The notes beneath the pieces were generated by a model. It saw only the letters and a list, made by a program, of their open reading frames with translations. It ran no database searches and was not told where the DNA came from. Below are positions 62,687-64,000 of a stretch of DNA of 64,000 nt, in pieces (the first letter of the stretch is position 1; the number at the start of each line of letters is the position of its first letter). This stretch comes from Ginglymostoma cirratum (Eukaryota), in assembly GCA_024137785.1 (NCBI GenBank), contig JAHRHZ010000087.1:19634029-19698028 (forward strand), given 5' to 3'. Made by a program: the position numbers and the translations under genes.

Positions 62687-64000
62687 AGGTTTTGGCATCT
62701 TAGAAATAAACAGTTTTGATGGCTTGTGAAGAAAAGGATCAGGATAACGGTTTGGTTTGCTTTCTCACAGGGTCAAAACCTAATCTACAGATTATTACCT
62801 ATTTTCCAAAACACATTGTCATACGAGACAAAAACGACCTGTTACATGTGAGGGGTTTGTTAGCAATGAACTCTAACACCACATATATCATAATTTTGGG
62901 GAAGTGTCTCTGTGATTTTCCATTTCTCAAAATTGAAACTAAAGAATTTACTATTTAATGCAGAAATACGCTGATGGTGATAATTCTTTTCTCTCTTCCT
63001 GCACTGTGCTCCCTGATCCCCTACTATACTCCATTCCTTTATCAAGAAGGTCAGGAATGTAGTGTATGAACCTGCAATGTCAGTACGGCTTCCACAAGAG
63101 AGGAGAATATCTCCACCTCAATTTCTCCTTCTCCTTTACCTCTCCCATCAGCGAGAATGCTTTGCGAGGTGATCTGGCTGAGAATGGGAACCTGCCCAGC
63201 ATGAAATAGGCATCTCCAGCTATGAATATTGCAAAATACACCAGATCATGTACTATCTGTAGGTTCAGATGTCATTGCACTGTGTAGTTTTCCATTTCCT
63301 GTTACATTTTAATGCATTTTCATCATAAACTAATTAATTGAGTCAGGCGATTGGTATGTGGCTGATTTAATGCTGCTTAGCCATGTTCAGACCATTGAAG
63401 AGAAGCTTTTGCTACTCTGCAGGTGTTGTTCAGTCTGTAAGAGCAACAGCAAAAATATCAGCACGGAAGTAATGCTGAGCTTCTTTTTCATTATTATTCT
63501 GCAGCTGTCTGTTAAATACACAGGCAGCTTTCGTACCATTAAAAAAATTGCTTTCAACTGCAATTCAGATTGGCGGACCCCATTAAGTATAATAACTGTA
63601 ATATCCATGAACTGCAGAAAATGAAGCACTAAAGAAGATGTTTCCTCAGCAATCACTCCGCCACCAATCAAAAGTCCGATACTATATAATGATTCTCTGT
63701 ATTCATAATTTTGCTGCTATGGAGTCAATAATCTTTCCATTATATTGAAGCAATGAGACATCCTCTATGACATCATGATATCATTGCACACATTACCTGA
63801 ATCCTAAATAATTCTCTTACTTTATTTTCTTTCTAAGCCTTAAAGATTTTTCTCCTTTATACATCTTGTTGCTCATCCCTAAAAAGTTCTTGGATACTGG
63901 ACACCATCTGGCACCTCACCCAAGTGGCAACTACTCATTCATGAATCTTTACATCAAGAACAGTAGGGGGATACTGCAGCTGAGTCAATCCTGTCCTCAG

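Noticed and set aside
1-64000. CRISPR arrays, operons, rRNA or other prokaryotic/phage systems
   Set aside because: No regularly spaced repeats or gene-dense coding; the repeat content is unambiguously vertebrate.

Overview
AT-rich eukaryotic genomic DNA, almost certainly from a shark or other elasmobranch (several HE1/V-SINE copies, Deu-domain SINEs, abundant CR1-type LINE tails). I cannot support any intact protein-coding gene; the ORFs in the track are chance ORFs or decayed transposon frames. The window looks like gene-desert or large-intron DNA. It contains many relics: CR1, L2/CR1-group and RTE LINEs, a Penelope GIY-YIG fragment, PIF/Harbinger transposase and Myb/SANT fragments, at least four SINE families, and a 400-N assembly gap. 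The most notable items are: (i) Penelope-type short repeats carrying minimal hammerhead-ribozyme cores, some as inverted (fold-back) pairs, plus a separate CUGAUGA hammerhead-like motif; (ii) a CR1 fragment with a twin-priming-style 5' inversion; (iii) a ~1.1 kb decayed coiled-coil frame that may be a gag-pro relic; (iv) several short isolated palindromes; and (v) repeat-free, enhancer-like blocks. All family names come from motif recognition by eye, not database searches, and boundaries of old repeats are approximate.
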